Shown here one piece after another: positions 1 through 18,029 of a stretch of 64,000 bases of DNA. The notes under the pieces are model-generated. The model was not told where the DNA came from. It saw nothing but the letters and a program-made list of their open reading frames with translations, and ran no database searches. Source of the stretch: the human T2T-CHM13v2.0 reference genome, Homo sapiens; NCBI RefSeq assembly GCF_009914755.1, contig NC_060942.1; one strand, written 5' to 3'. The position numbers and the translations under genes were made by a program. The stretch's first letter is position 1. Each line of letters begins with the position of its first letter.

Positions 1-99
1 GTAAAAGGATTTTTTGAAAGAGTCTCAATCTGTAGAGTATAGCTGGGAAAATATTAGCCATAAGTTAAGAAACACAGTAATACCAGCTGATTTGAAGGA

Positions 100-790
100 A
101 ATAACAGTGAGTTAAAGTTTGGAAACGCTATGTTCTTTTGTCTTTGGGACTTCAGGAGATAAATCAGAGCCTAAAAAGGGATTTGACAATTAGTAGCATG
201 CAGAAAGAAATGGGATAAACCTAAAGACTAGGAGACGAACCAGCAGTGGAACCCTAAGGCTGCCAACACTTAAGGGGTAAGCAGAAAATAGCACCCACAA
301 GTACTGGAAAAGGCAGGTGAAGATCTGGAGAACATGGCCACAAAGAAGCTGAGAGAACAGAATGTAAAAGAAAAATTGAGAAATGCTTTAAAGGATATCA
401 ACTAAGATAAGAAGGGAAACTGTCTGTTGTAATGAGGGGGAGAGAGAGGGAGGGAGGGAAGGAGGGAGGGAGGGACGGAGGGAGGGAGAGAGAGAGAGAG
501 AAAGAGAGAGCATGCAAGTGCTAACCATCTTGGGAGCACATTTCTGCTGAAGCACCACATGACTGGCAATCTGCCCTGTGTTGAAAGAGTGCATTAGTGA
601 GTGAATAAATTTTCTATTTCCATCCACCAACTTGAGCTGTGAAAGGAAGAAATGAGAGAAACCTAGCTGGACAAAGCCATAGAGTTGAGGGAACACTTTC
701 TTTTTATTAAGATAGAAGTGGCATGCAAATAACTTCAGTGAATATAACAATACTTTGTAGCCAGTAAGTAGCTCAGCCTATTGCAGCCAG
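100..790 (-). mobile_element. Degenerate L2 LINE fragment, interrupted by a GA-rich microsatellite
   Basis: Purine-rich strand resembles the L2 ORF2 reverse complement (ggaaccctaaggctgccaacacttaagg; gagctgtgaaaggaagaaatgagag). Confidence 0.5.
434..510. repeat. (GGGA)n/(GA)n purine microsatellite
   Basis: gagagagggagggagggaaggagggaggg...gagagagagag is read directly. Confidence 0.95.
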
Positions 791-935
791 AAGATACAAA
801 ATATGTCCTGAAGAGACATATATTTCAACAGGTCAGAAGGAATTAGTGTTTGGAATTTTCTTCCTCCTTGTGTTCTGCACAATCAATGTCACCTACTGCA
901 TTTTTACCAAGATAACACTTCTTCTCTGTGCTGAT

Positions 936-1520
936 TTTTCACTCAGAACAGGTGCTGGCCAAGGAGAGCTATCACACTTCTGCAGAAGCTGTGCCACCAC
1001 ATTCTTGCAAGTAAGGTAGAGCAGCAAAGCCTGTGAATGTTAAAGTAGCCCTGAGGTCCAGCACAGTTCCTGTTGGCAGTGAATTGTCCAAAAGCACAAG
1101 TGGTTTGATGTCCCTATCAGTCCTTCTTCAGAAAAACTGGAATATAAATAACTGCAAGGAATCCTTCCTGTTGGTCATCAAGCTAACTCTGCATGGTGCA
1201 AGGAAACTACTGCCTTTCCTGGTTCATTTGAAGGCATTTGCATTATTTTATGTCTCTGTATTTGTCTTCTAGAGGGTACTGGGCATCTGTATTAATAAAA
1301 CACATAGTCAGCATGACCAAGTATGTAGACACAGAACATCTAATCAAAGAGGTCAAAGAAAGAAGCTTTCTCCAAAAGCTCTCAATGACCATTAAGTTCT
1401 TATATTCCTTATTTAGTACCAGCCCCACAGTCGTCATCTTTTACAGGATAATGTCGACTCGCTTTGCTTGCTGCTCAAGGATGTGTGAAACTAGGCTGCA
1501 GACCACCCTCTGGCACTGTT
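936..1520 (+). pseudogene. Decayed RING finger + TRAF-type zinc-finger gene remnant (PDZRN3/PDZRN4/RNF151/RNF41-like)
   Basis: Frameshift-stitched translation: FSLRTGAGQGELSHFCRSC/HHILA...QHSSCWQ*IVQKHKW/CPYQ/PSSEKLEYK*LQGIL/LVIK/ANSAWCKETT/LPFLVHLKA...VSV/SRGYWASVLIKHI/SQHDQVCRHRTSNQRGQRKKLSPKALNDH. Cys/His spacing is collinear with the PDZRN3/4 N-terminus as I recall it. Several stops and frameshifts. Confidence 0.6.
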
Positions 1521-1578
1521 TTTCTGGTTGTATGTAAGAATTACTCAAGCCAATTGGTCTACCTTCCTAGCACCTTAT

Positions 1579-1955
1579 CTTTTTATTATTTTTTTAAATT
1601 CACAGATAAAATTGTATGTATTTACTGTGTGGAATGTGATGTTCTGAAGCATATATATACTGTAGAATACTAAATCTGACTAATCAACCTATGCATCACC
1701 TCACATAGTTATTTTTGTGGTGAGAACACTTTACATCCACTCTTCTGGCATTTTTCAAAGAACACATTATTAACAACAGTCATTGCATTGTACAACAGGT
1801 CTCAACTTTCTCCTCTTATCTAACTGAAATTCTGAATCCTTTGAATATCGCCCCATCCCCACCACCAGCAAAACCCCAACCCCAGGTAACCACCCTTCTC
1901 CTCTCTGCTTCTATGAGATCAATGTTTTCAGATGCCATATAGGAGATCACGCAGG
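1579..1955 (-). mobile_element. L1MA-type (L1MA8/9-like) 3' end fragment
   Basis: T-rich tail, then cacagataaaattgtatgtatt...catcacctcacatagttatttttgtggtgagaacactt...ctctctgcttctatgagatc, typical of the L1MA 3'UTR reverse complement. Confidence 0.8.
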
Positions 1956-2361
1956 TCACCTTTGGATAGGCAGTTCATGGGGCCAAAAATTCTGTTCCAT
2001 TCTCTTCCCCATTCAATTCTCCCCAGCCACCAGGTCTCACTCTCTATTTCATACTGTCTTCTCTCAACGTTCTACCTGTGGTCATTCTTCTCCCCATCTT
2101 CTCTTAATTCCTTATTGTACAAGTTTTTGTATCAACTTTATTTAGAGACCACATGTAGCTTCTAATTATCTTCCATGTATGCATTCAACAAATATTTATT
2201 GAGAAGTTGGAGGGGGCCATTCTGTGTGCTCAAAAAGTTCTTGGCTTCTTGCAGCAAAAGTTACAGTACGACTTACAAAAGAACAATTACATAATTGCTT
2301 TTCAAGTTTGTATCTTTTGATCCCAATGAAACGAGAACTCTGGAAGATATTATGTTGTATT

Positions 2362-2560
2362 CAGTAAAGCATGGACTTTGGAGTTAGATGAACCTTGTTC
2401 GTGCCTCAGCTCTGTGTGAAATAAAGTAAGTGAATTAACTTTTCTGTGTCCCTCAGTTGTATAATGAAGCCATTACTACCTGTTTCATAGGTTTATTGAG
2501 AGCATTAGCTAACATAATATGTGTAAAGTTTTCTTACACTAAGCATGTTCTCATTAAACA
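2362..2560 (+). mobile_element. MIR SINE
   Basis: agcatggactttggagttagat...ttttctgtgtccctcagt...tacctgtttcataggtttattgagag matches the MIR core. Confidence 0.7.
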
Positions 2561-2759
2561 TGTACTGAAAAAATGAATGAATCTTTAGGTCCGTGTGAAA
2601 TGATGAAGGGGCATATATAAATAAAAATCAGGCTTAAGAATCAAAAGAAAATAAATAAATTGTGACTTCCCATAACAAAAGGAATGAACATAAAAAATAA
2701 GTGGATAAAAAATTTTATGTCAAAAAAATCTAAATGGAAAAATAAATAGCTCTCTTCTT

Positions 2760-3345
2760 GTAATTTATTGAGTGATTATTATGTGCCTAGCACTGGGCTA
2801 AGATATTTACTTATATTATCTCACTATGTTAGTCTGTTTTTGCATTGTTATAAAGGAATACCCAAGACTGGGTAACTTATTAAAAAAAGAGGTTTATCTT
2901 GGCTCATGGTTCTGCAGGCTGTACAAACATGAGACCAACATCTTGGCTCCTGGTGAGAACATCAAGAAGCTTCCAATTATGGCAGAAGGCAAAGGGGGAG
3001 CCAGCATATCACATGGTGAGAGAGGGAGTAGGAGAGAAGGAGGACCTGCCAGGCACTTTTAAACAGCCAGATCTCATGTGAACTCATAGAGTGAGAACTC
3101 ACTTATGACCTAGCGATGGCACCAATACATTCATGAAGGCTCTACCCCAGTGACCCAAATACACTTCCCACTAGGCCCCACCTCCAACATAGGGATCCCA
3201 TTTCAACATGAGATTTGGAGGAGACACACATCCAAACCATATCACGCACTTACTTCTCAAAACCAATCTGTGAATAACCTCACTTTACAGATATCAAGTT
3301 GAAGCTTAGAAAGACAAGTAACAGAGCAAATAAATGTCAGATCTG
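2760..3345 (-). mobile_element. MIR SINE split by an MST LTR
   Basis: atttattgagtgattattatgtgcctagcactgggctaag on the left; ctcactttacagat...gaagcttagaaag on the right of the LTR. Confidence 0.6.
2825..3244 (-). mobile_element. MSTB-like MaLR solo LTR
   Basis: tatgttagtctgtttttgcattgttataaaggaatacc...gagatttggaggagacacacatccaaaccatatca; near-perfect 5-bp TSD ctcac/cgcac. Confidence 0.9.
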
Positions 3346-3569
3346 TTTGTGTAAGCTTTACTGCCTAGAATAGTGACCATGACATCACAAGAGATTTATT
3401 TGGCATGCATACAAGAATTTTCACAAACATATGAGAATAAGCTGCACCAAGGTTGCAACTCTGAATTATTACATTTCTGCATTTTCTATGTTTGGTTGAC
3501 TTGTTAGCATTCATTGAATGCTCAGTAAGTGTTTAATAAATAAATGAGTAAAGTTTTATGTCTAAATAA

Positions 3570-3830
3570 ATGTTCAATTCAAAGTAGTCCTTTGTAGATT
3601 TAAGGAAGTCATTTGTATATTTCAAGTATTTCAATACTGTTTATTTTTAAACTCCCAATATACCTTTTCTTTAGAATTTGTGTACTTTTTTGCATTTGTG
3701 AAATTAGTAAATTCTCATCTTCTAAAAATGGATGATTTTTGAAGATGGTCAAAACTTACTGAAGGCCAATGCTGAAAATAGGAGTGTGAGTACCATGAAT
3801 ACTACTATTTTGACATTGCTATAAAGCCAC
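3570..3830. mobile_element. Possible MARNA (mariner-derived) fragment
   Basis: ctcatcttctaaaaatggatgatttttgaagatggtcaaaacttactgaaggccaatgctgaaaatagg loosely resembles MARNA. Confidence 0.3.
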
Positions 3831-4260
3831 ACAACAGAGTCTCACTCTAAGTAGAATTTAGATAAAAGGAGTATAAGAAATATCCCTTTTCTACCATGCA
3901 TTTGTCCTCACCTTGTATTAATTGTTTGATAGATTTGATTGACGCCAAAAAAAATGCCATAGAAAGAATCCAATTTACTTCCATTTTTATTGTCTATTCC
4001 TTTGGAGGAAGTGTATAATAAGCACCATGTAGAATCACTAACAGAATCTATCTCAGCACACCACCTTTATCTGACATTGTGAGCTATAACACCGCATTTG
4101 CAGAGTGATTTATCGTTTCAACCTACCCTGCCATAAGTTAACTTCACAGTGTCTCTAAGGTACAGTAGTTGATATTTTCACTTCCTTTTTTCTCCTTAAG
4201 CATTGTAAGAATAGAATATTTCTTCCACATAAGGCTTCTGCCACATCACTCAAATTTTAG

Positions 4261-4645
<385 letters not shown>

Positions 4646-5219
4646 CATTTATGTTGTTTTTAACTTGGCTTGAAGTTTTAAATATTACAGCACCATGCAT
4701 GTTCAGAAGAGCTCCTTTCTCCATGCAAAAGTCAGCACACATTATAACATAATTATACCAAAAGCTATAAGAGTAAAGATAGACTAATGTAATTATAAAA
4801 TTCAAAATTTAAAAATCTTCCCATCACATAAACATCACAGGTGAAGTCAAAAGACAGAAGCCAAAACAGTAAAGTAATTTGGCAGCTTTACAAGACATTA
4901 TGAGTTACAATATGTTGCACTTGTATGATGATTTGTGGTTTTAACACAACAAGAGTATGTATAAATATATAATTAAACATAATCTTTAACATAGCTGTCA
5001 CAGTTACTTCATAATTTAAGCAATGCTAAATATGTGCCCCTCCTATGACATGACACACAAATATTCTTCCACGATCTTGGTAACATAGCACTGTTGGAGT
5101 TAAATAGCAGCCATGATCTGTTACCTCATCTCAAAGCCTCAAGGTAGGAACCACGTTGTGTGGCATCTGACCATATGACTAATCCATTTTTAAAAGCGTT
5201 CGCTTTATTTTGAATCAAC

Positions 5220-6150
5220 AGAAAAATCAAGAACAAGGCCAGAAATTCAATAGACAGATGGGCTAAAGATATGAACCGTTCACAGAAAGATAAGCATTGA
5301 AATATGAAAGGATACTCAACCTCACAAAAAAAAAAGAAAAGAAAATAGCAATTAAAACTACACTGCAGGGCCATTTCTCAACTATCAGAGTGGCAAAAAT
5401 ATCTCAGTTTGATAACATGCTTCTATGGTGAGGCAGTGGAGAAACAGGCTCTGTCACATATTGCTGGTACAAAGACAGATGGTACAAAACTCTACGGGAA
5501 GAAATTTGGCAGTGTTCATCAAAATTACATATTCATTTACCCTTTGATCTAGTAATCCTACTTCTGGAAAAATATTTTAATTATACATTTGCAATTATTC
5601 AAAATGATACACATATAAAGACACTCATCTCAAAATTAATAGTACTAGTAGAAAATCAAAAATCATCCAAATGTCCATCAGTAGGGATTGAATAAACTTG
5701 GTGCATCCAACATATCCTTGAAGAAATGATGATTTCTTAGTTCTGTCAAAAAACCCTAGAAACAAAGACATGTTATGAGCAATAAATAACATCAGATTCT
5801 AGAACTGAATTATCTAAATATTATTTTGAATAATAAAAATAAGTGCTTCTTGAGAAATGTGTGGTACCAGGTCCATAGCAGAAAATGCATAAAATAAACC
5901 CAGAACATGTTTTGTGCCAGACAGTAAGGAAGCTACCATTGACTAATGGAATTATGGCAAAAGACCATATGAAACAACATTAAGCACTCTAAATTCAAGC
6001 ATCAGAAAGAACAATGACAGGGATGAAGAAATATCATCAAAGATGTTGAAATACATGAGTTATTATTGCAGCTGATAATAGTAATGGATAACCAGTGGGT
6101 CACTACTGGAGGTTACCAGAGTCCAAAATCATGACTTTGATAATTGTTGA
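5220..6150 (+). mobile_element. Old L1M (L1ME/L1MC) ORF2-end and 3'UTR fragments
   Basis: atgggctaaagatatgaac...caattaaaactacactg...ccatcagtagggattgaataaac; L1MC-like 3'UTR (gtgccagacagtaaggaagctacc). Confidence 0.65.
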
Positions 6151-6843
6151 AAGCATCCGGTTGCAATTTCCTTTAGCTATATCAATCAGTGTGACTAAGA
6201 CAATGTTTATTCATGTTCTATTCCTTTCTGAGGAAAAATAACTAGGGACCCATGGTGATATCCCATTAGTACTTTCTCTGTGTTACTTGGAACATAAAGC
6301 AAAAGCATCTTCCATTAATGACATTCCAATAAAAAACAGAGTCAAGTTGATTTCCAAAGGGGATTTTAAGAAGCAATTTTTAGGTTTTGTTCGGTGTCAG
6401 TGCCTATATGCAATTCTTTTTCACATTACATCACAAGAAGTTAAAATTGTGTTTTTGTTTTTTTCTTTTTAAAGCACAAAGACCATGCCCGCCTTGGTTA
6501 AGAACTTTGGTTATAATTTAGTAATGCTGCTCTACCAAGAAGACAAACAGAATTCCATGATGGTGTCAGAATTTTCAGGCCCTATTCAAAGATTACCACA
6601 CAAATCTCCCATAAAAACAGCCTAGCTGGAAATAATGCCCTATTCCATTGAAATTCTTGTTTCAGTAAAATGATGTAAGATTCATAAACGGAAATTTTCA
6701 GTGAGTTTTGGGGGCTTGGGATGATAATTCTTATGGAGTAGTGGACAGACAGGGATCATGGCAAGCCAACATCAGGGATTATCAGAAACTATGAGTGAAC
6801 AGGTGAGAACTGGAAAAAAAAGAAGAGGATGAGGAAGAAATCC

Positions 6844-6847
<4 letters not shown>

Positions 6848-6891
<44 letters not shown>

Positions 6892-6990
6892 TATACACAC
6901 ACACACATATATATGTGTATAAATATATATTTATAATTATTTATATATTTTATTTTAATATATTTTATTTATATATATACACACACACAT
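6848..6990. repeat. (GT)n, (TA)n, (CA)n compound microsatellite
   Basis: About 17 GT units followed by TA and CA runs. Confidence 0.95.
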
Positions 6991-7204
6991 AAAATAAGGA
7001 AGACAGAACTAATCGGTTTTCTGTTGTCTGTCTCTGGATCTCTCTCCATCTGTGCATTTCTGAGGCCTACTTTCTCACATTTCCCAAAGGACATTTGAGA
7101 GCTCCCTATACCCTAAAAAAAACAACAATGAAAACAAGAAAACAACTTTCTTTAATTTGATTTAGTTTAAGTGGACTTCTGTCACTGTGAACCCAAAGAG
7201 ACAT

Positions 7205-7800
7205 AATGTAAAGACTGGATTTTATTCTAAGTACAATGAACAAACAGTGAAAACTTGTAAGTCGGGGAGAAATCCAGCAGAACTCTATCTGCCAAGAGGG
7301 GCATCAAACAGAGGGCTGGAGAGTGAAGATTGGTGGGGAGGACAGGCAGGAATGGCAGAAGCCCAGTCTAGGGTGGAAGACATAGATCCAAGATATATTT
7401 TGGAGATTTAGTCAACAAACTTACTGATAAGTTAGATGTGAAGGATTAAGGAAAAAAGATTAATCAAAGAGGATTTCCAAGTTTCTGATTTTAATGTTTG
7501 GAGAGTTGGTGGTACCATTTAGTGAAACACCCAATTCCGGGGGAGGTTCGTATTGGAAAATTCTATTTTTTGACGAGCTAAATTTGAGATGCCTATGACT
7601 CAGCCAAGTGGAACTGTTAGGCATTTAAAATACATGGCTTAGGAACTCAGAATTCTGGATGAGGAATATAAATTTGGGTGTTGTTACTGTCTAGAGAATA
7701 TTTAAAACCAAAAGAATGATAGGAGAGCACATCCAGAGAGAGAGAGAGAGGGAAAGATGGAGACCCAGAGCTGAGCCTCTAGGAACTGAAAGGTCAGATT
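7205..7800 (-). mobile_element. L2 LINE fragment
   Basis: gatatattttggag...ccaagtttctgatt...tttgagatgcctatga...ccaagtggaac...atataaatttgggtg, typical of the L2 reverse complement. Confidence 0.75.
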
Positions 7801-8181
7801 GATGGCCAACCCACTCATGAGAAATGGCAAGAGTGGATATTTAAAAAAAAAAAATCAAGCCAGGATCTTTAATAAATAAAAGGAAATAATTGAAAATTTG
7901 GTAGGCGACAGCAATAAAGAGGATAAAATGTCTATGTTGTATGCCAGGAAATAATGTGTGAACTGGCCTGACAGACGTCATCTTTTTGGTGGGATATTGT
8001 GTGGAAAGCTTTTGACACTGCTATTAGGACACTGCATTCTCAGGGAACAACTTCAGTCATAGCCAGGAGGTAGAAATGCTACAAAAGGACTGGGGAAGGA
8101 AGTATGCTGATCAGTGGAAGGGTTTAAAACAGAATGGTGAAATGGGTCAAAATAAAGGCTATTCAAGGTAGTATGTTTTAA

Positions 8182-8393
8182 ACATAATAATGGGAATGAC
8201 AGACACCGGGGGCTACTAGAAGGGGAAAGGAGGGAGGAGAGCATGGATTGAAAAACATCCTATTGCGTTCTATGGTCAATGCCCGGCAACAGGTTCAAAC
8301 TTACCCCAAACCTCAGCATCACACAATATATCCTTGTAAGAAACCTACACATGTACCCCTTAATCTACAATAAAAATTGGAAGAAAAGAAAAA
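8182..8393 (+). mobile_element. L1PA15/16-like 3' end
   Basis: gacaccgggggctactagaagggg...ccccaaacctcagcatcacacaatat...cacatgtacccc...caataaaa followed by an A-rich tail. Confidence 0.85.
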
Positions 8394-9194
8394 CTGTGTG
8401 TTTAAGAGAATCCCAGGTGGTCTCCAGGGACACTTGGATACTTGGCCGTCAGTGAGTTACATAGTGGTCTAAGAGCGAATAGAATTGATCCAGAAGATGC
8501 CTGAGAGGAGAACAGTATTATGCTTCTAACCTTTCATGCCACCTCATAGTTTGCTTCCTATGATTGTATATCATTCCTCATGTGAGGGCTAGTAACTTAC
8601 CATAAAATGTATGTGTCATTTTGTAGAACATGAACAATGGAGGTCCAGTACAAAGTTCGTTAAGCCCTAAACCCCCAAACTCTAAATGAGAGCAGCATAG
8701 GTGAAAATGCTCAGAATCTGAAGCCAGAAGCCCTATTTTGGAAGGCTGAACATCCATGTGCCTTTAGACTTGAGCAAAGTGCCTAACCTCCAGGTCACAT
8801 ATTCCTCAGTAACACCTATCTCATTAAGTTCTTGAGAAGAGAAAATCAGGCAAAATATATTATTGACATGTATTATGGCCAATGTTGGAGAACTACAATT
8901 TTCTAAAAAAATTTCTTTCCAACCCAGAATATCTCTTCACAAATGTAGAAGAGATAAAAAAATTATTGAATAAGCATGAAACTGTGTGGTGTCTATCACA
9001 AGCATTCTTCTAAAAGATTGCAAAGACAAGTGGAAATCTCTCTATTTTGCATAGCCAAGCAGATTCAACCCATTACATATATGCTTTCAAGATAAATCAC
9101 TACTAGTTCTCAGGTAAGAGAAATTGATGGCACAATTTGTTGCACATAGCTCAACCTAAATGCATTTGGTAATTAGGGTGAGGATCTGTGTTTG

Positions 9195-9571
9195 CCAATT
9201 GACTTTATACAAAGAAAAATACATTTCTTAAATCTTTATGACCAGAAATCATTTTGAGAGAGGTGTCTGCTGAAGTTAGGCTCCTACCTTTCTACAGAAA
9301 ATGAGAGATAGAGGCACTGTCTGCCTGAATGGTTACATTTCAAAGAGGTGGCTCTAGGGACTAAGAAGGACAATTCAGAGTCATAAAAAGGAAAGCGGCT
9401 GTAAAGAGGCTTATTTAGCTCTAAAAATATTCTATACATTTCAAAATGGCAGGGAAAGAAGTTACAGTTACAAGTTTTCTAAAGTAAATGTTCTAAAATA
9501 CGGGGTGAAGAAGTCTCTTGTCTTTAAAGGAAAAATTTAGCATCTAATTTTTTATTAGTATTTGCCCTTAC
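9195..9571 (-). mobile_element. ERV1-class (MER4/MER34-group-like) LTR fragment
   Basis: tacatttcaaagag...gttacaagttttctaaagtaaatg...tatttgcccttac, recalled as MER4-group LTR motifs; subfamily uncertain. Confidence 0.45.
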
Positions 9572-9590
9572 TAAGATCAGTCTTATTAAT

Positions 9591-9680
9591 AATCACCATC
9601 ATCACTATCATCACCATCATTGCCATCATCGTATCCCTTATCATTATCACCATCATCATCTTCATTACTACCATCATTAC
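9591..9680. repeat. Imperfect (CAT/CAC)n trinucleotide repeat
   Basis: atcaccatcatcactatcatcaccatcattgccatcatc... Confidence 0.9.
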
Positions 9681-9714
9681 TGACTAGACAATATTTAAAA
9701 CCAAGGGAATGATA

Positions 9715-10420
<706 letters not shown>

Positions 10421-11932
10421 ACCCAGGCAATGGTAATTATGATGATAAAAAGAGAAACTGAAAAATGCAAGCATAATATAGTAGTAAATGTATACTCTTT
10501 CCCACAGTCAGTTCTTTGGACAGAAGGACGCTTTGCATTCTGCAGCCATATGTTCTTTTGCTAGTTTGTTCATTCCAAAATCCAGTAGAGTTATTCTAAT
10601 AGTTTCAATAAATAAGCTATGAATTTTATTTTCAGCAAAGTAGCAAGAAGGCTCTGAGAAGAACTGAGACTGTGAAGAGAAAGGGTCTCTGCTGTTTCTA
10701 GCTATTTGGCAGCATCACTTAATCATAATTAGCAATTAATAAACAAAGACACTTTACATGATAAATGCCTTTCAAGTGCCCAAGATACTTTGCAAATGAT
10801 TACTTTCACAGAGACATTAATTTGCAATTTCCACCTGTGTCTGTCCCTAAAGTACAAAAATCACAAACCAGAAGCCTAAGAAACTGACTGTGCAAATAAA
10901 AGTAAATATGGTCATACTGGACCAGATGTAAGTTACAGCTTTATTTCAGGGAAAAAAATGAAAAGAATATTCTGTGAAGAATAAGTTAAAAGTGAGAGAA
11001 AAAAATTAAAAGAGATAAGATAAAGATAAATAAAAATGTGGAATGGATTGCTCTGAAAAAATGCCTCTTCAATTATCTAGAAAAGATTTTTACAGATCCT
11101 TCATTACTAAATAAATTCATTTTGTGTATATTATTCAAAATGTTTGGCTACAATAGCAATAGCTAAGACCTATGAAAAGTTTTCTGTGTTCCAGACAATA
11201 TTTTAAGGGCTTATTTGTATTAATTGGTTTAACTTTCACAGGCCACGGGAGGGTTCCACATTCTGAGGAGAGAGGTGTCACAAAGTCTTTCATGTTTATA
11301 ATTCCATGGGTGGAAATGAACATTTTCTTCCTTTACTGAAATGATTTTGAATTAAAGTCAAAATATTCATGGGAAATGGCATTATCAAGTCCTGACTTTA
11401 CATTTCAATGTAAAGGAATTCATCTGTCCTTCCTAAGAGTCTATTTTGATGAAGAAAATATGAGAAAACTAGAAAACATTTACTCTGGTGGAAGAAACAG
11501 GAGGAGGAAGAAAAAGGAAAAGTACCACAAAGTGTCACAGTTCACTGAGGCAACCCAGATATGAGGTAATTTACAATAGCTCAAATCTTTTGAGAAGGTT
11601 CGTAGCAAAAAATATACTATTCATCATTTTAGTTTGCTTTTGTAAAACCAAATGAGAATGTATATAAGAATAATGAGAAAGCAAATTTTTACCTTTAGAA
11701 AAAAAGATAAGTTTTAGGGAAAAAAACTTGCATTATTTCACTAATGTATAATTTCAAAGGAAACTACAGAAAGTACATGCTAGTACCTTATTCTTAATAA
11801 CCGGCAATTTCTGATATTATATTGTTTTGTGTATCCTAAGTTGTTTTTAAGTGCCCTAAAAATAAATGGGGAATAGAACCATGGAAAAGCCACCTCTCAG
11901 CTTAGATTTTTGTGAGGTATTTGTAAAATGAC

Positions 11933-12340
11933 TTTTAAGGACAGAATTGTGTTTCCCCCTCAAATCCATATGTTGACATTCATATGGTACTGAGTGCCAG
12001 TACTCTAGAATATGTCTTTATTTGGAGATAGACTCTTTGTAGAGACAATTTAGTTAAAATGAGGTCTTTGGTATGGGCTGTAATCCAATACAAGTTGTGT
12101 TCTAACAGGAAGAGGAAAATGTGGACACAAATACAGACACAGGGAAGATGATGTGAAGTCACAGAAAGATGAGAAGATAGACATCTACAAACCAGAGAGC
12201 TGGGACAAGACCCTTCATGGGCTCTGCCAATACCTTGATCTTGAACTTCCAGCCTCCAGAACTGTGAGACAATAAATTTATTTTGTTTGAACCACCTAGT
12301 ATGTGGTACCTTCTTCAGGCAGTCCTAGCAAACCAATACA
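11933..12340 (+). mobile_element. MLT1B/C-like MaLR LTR
   Basis: gaattgtgtttccccctcaaatccatatgttga...aacttccagcctccagaactgtgagacaataaa...ctagcaaaccaataca. Confidence 0.9.
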
Positions 12341-12601
12341 AGGACTGAGCCACATCTTCATTCAAATGGCAATTTTTTAACAGATATGATTAATGCCTGG
12401 AACTTGTGGGGAGATAGCATCCACATGAAAGACTAAAAGAGATACAGGAAAATTATAGACTAGATGTAGACATGAAACAACAGCAGCAACAAAACATTTA
12501 GTGACAGGACCACAGGTTATGGATTTTCTCTGAGCATGCAGATGTAGTCTTTCTGAAAACTTCCGGGGACTTTTGCCATCTTCATATTGGAAAACAAAGT
12601 T

Positions 12602-12894
12602 GGCCAGGTGCAGTGGCTCATGCTTGTAATCCCAGCACTTTGAGAGGCTGAAGTGGGTGGATCACCTGAAGTCAGGAATTTGAGACCAGCCTGGCCAACG
12701 TGATGAACCCTCATCTCTGCTAAAAATACAAAAATTAGCTGGGTGTGGGGGCAAGCACCTGTAGTTCCAGCTACTCCAGAGGCTGAGGCAGGAGAATAGC
12801 TTGAACCTGGGAGTCGCAGTAAGTCGAGATCACACCACTGCACTCCAGCCTGGGAGACAGAGTGAGATTCCATCTCAAAAAAAAAAAAAAAAAA
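12602..12894 (+). mobile_element. AluSx-like
   Basis: ggccaggtgcagtggctcatg...gatcacctgaagtcagg..., ending in polyA. Confidence 0.95.
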
Positions 12895-13898
12895 TTTAGT
12901 TTCTGTATGCATCAAAAGGACGCCATTTCTAAACAGAAAGCTAAACACATGATTTGTAACTAGAATCAAATGGCACACAAATATATATTGACTTCTGTAT
13001 TTGCCATTAAATGTACCATTTATTTAAGAAGCCTTAAGTTGAGATTGGAGTGAACTATCTCAAATATATAATGGAAGAGATGAGAGCAGTGTGCCTTTTC
13101 CCCAGCAGCAGAAAATATACTAGGAACAAGCAATTGCTTGATGATGTGTGGGACACAAGCAGATGTATTTGTATTCTGCCCTTTGAAAATAGTTCTTGTA
13201 TATACATATTTTTATGCCTTACAGCTCAAGGGCTGGTGATTATCTTGTTTTTAAAAGAACTGCTAACCATTTCAGGAAATTGTTGAATCTAATATTTGAA
13301 AATGATTTCAGAGTGTGAAAACATTTTATGCACTTTGCAAATCAAATGCATTCGACTGGAAGGGACTAGCTTATGTTGCTGACTCTATTTTGCATGTTTT
13401 TAATACTTAGGAGTCAGATGGTTTAATCTTTGGTTTCTTTGATAAGATGCAGGTGCAATTATATTGATACACCTCAGTAAGTATCCTCTCTTAATGTGAG
13501 TTTTCAAGTTTGCCTCCTGACAGGACACTTTCTGCTAATGATAGAATAGTAAGAAAATTAATGGCTCTTTTTCCTAAAAGTTTCTTTTTTCCTGCTTCCA
13601 GTCACACCTAGAGTTACTGAACATAAAAAGTTCACTTGAAACTGATCCAAAAAGAAAAAATAAACAGTAAAATCAAAAGCCAAAACTTCTTACAAATTTG
13701 GGTTGGAAGCCAGTTTTAGAAGAAAAACCTAATTAGTTCATTTTTTTCTGACAAAGTGAAACCTGAACAAGGGAAAAACAGACATAGCCACTAGCCTAGG
13801 GTCCCTGTTTCTTTTAACGAAAGTAACTTGGTGATTGGGTGGGCCTTATCACATCCCTATGAGATATGACCTTGGGACTACACTGTCTTCTCCTATAA

Positions 13899-17858
<3,960 letters not shown>

Positions 17859-18029
17859 TTACCCAGCATGTAAAAATCAAGAATTCTAAATATATATACA
17901 TTTAATTTGTTAGACGTCTCTAATCTTTTTTTCAAATAACCCTATTTTTATTTGTCTCTCTTTTCAAGCACTACATTTCTTCCTAAGCAAAATGAAACCT
18001 CTCCACTCTTAATTATTTTTGCCAAAATT

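Noticed and set aside
388-750. 120-aa Pro/Ser-rich minus-strand ORF
   Set aside because: Reads through the GA/GGGA microsatellite and L2 sequence.
1011-1048. GTAAG...TAG mini-intron inside the RING remnant
   Set aside because: 38 bp is too short for a normal human spliceosomal intron, and removing it does not restore a clean frame.
1243-1437. Minus-strand ORF faintly resembling a Gypsy/GIN1-type integrase (VIESFW...YPLEDK)
   Set aside because: No convincing DDE or HHCC motif; the + strand RING/TRAF reading explains far more conserved positions.
12517-12978. 153-aa ORF and other ORFs with AQAGVQW / LECSG motifs (e.g. 4278-4554, 13960-14181, 21318-21981)
   Set aside because: These are standard Alu-derived pseudo-ORFs.
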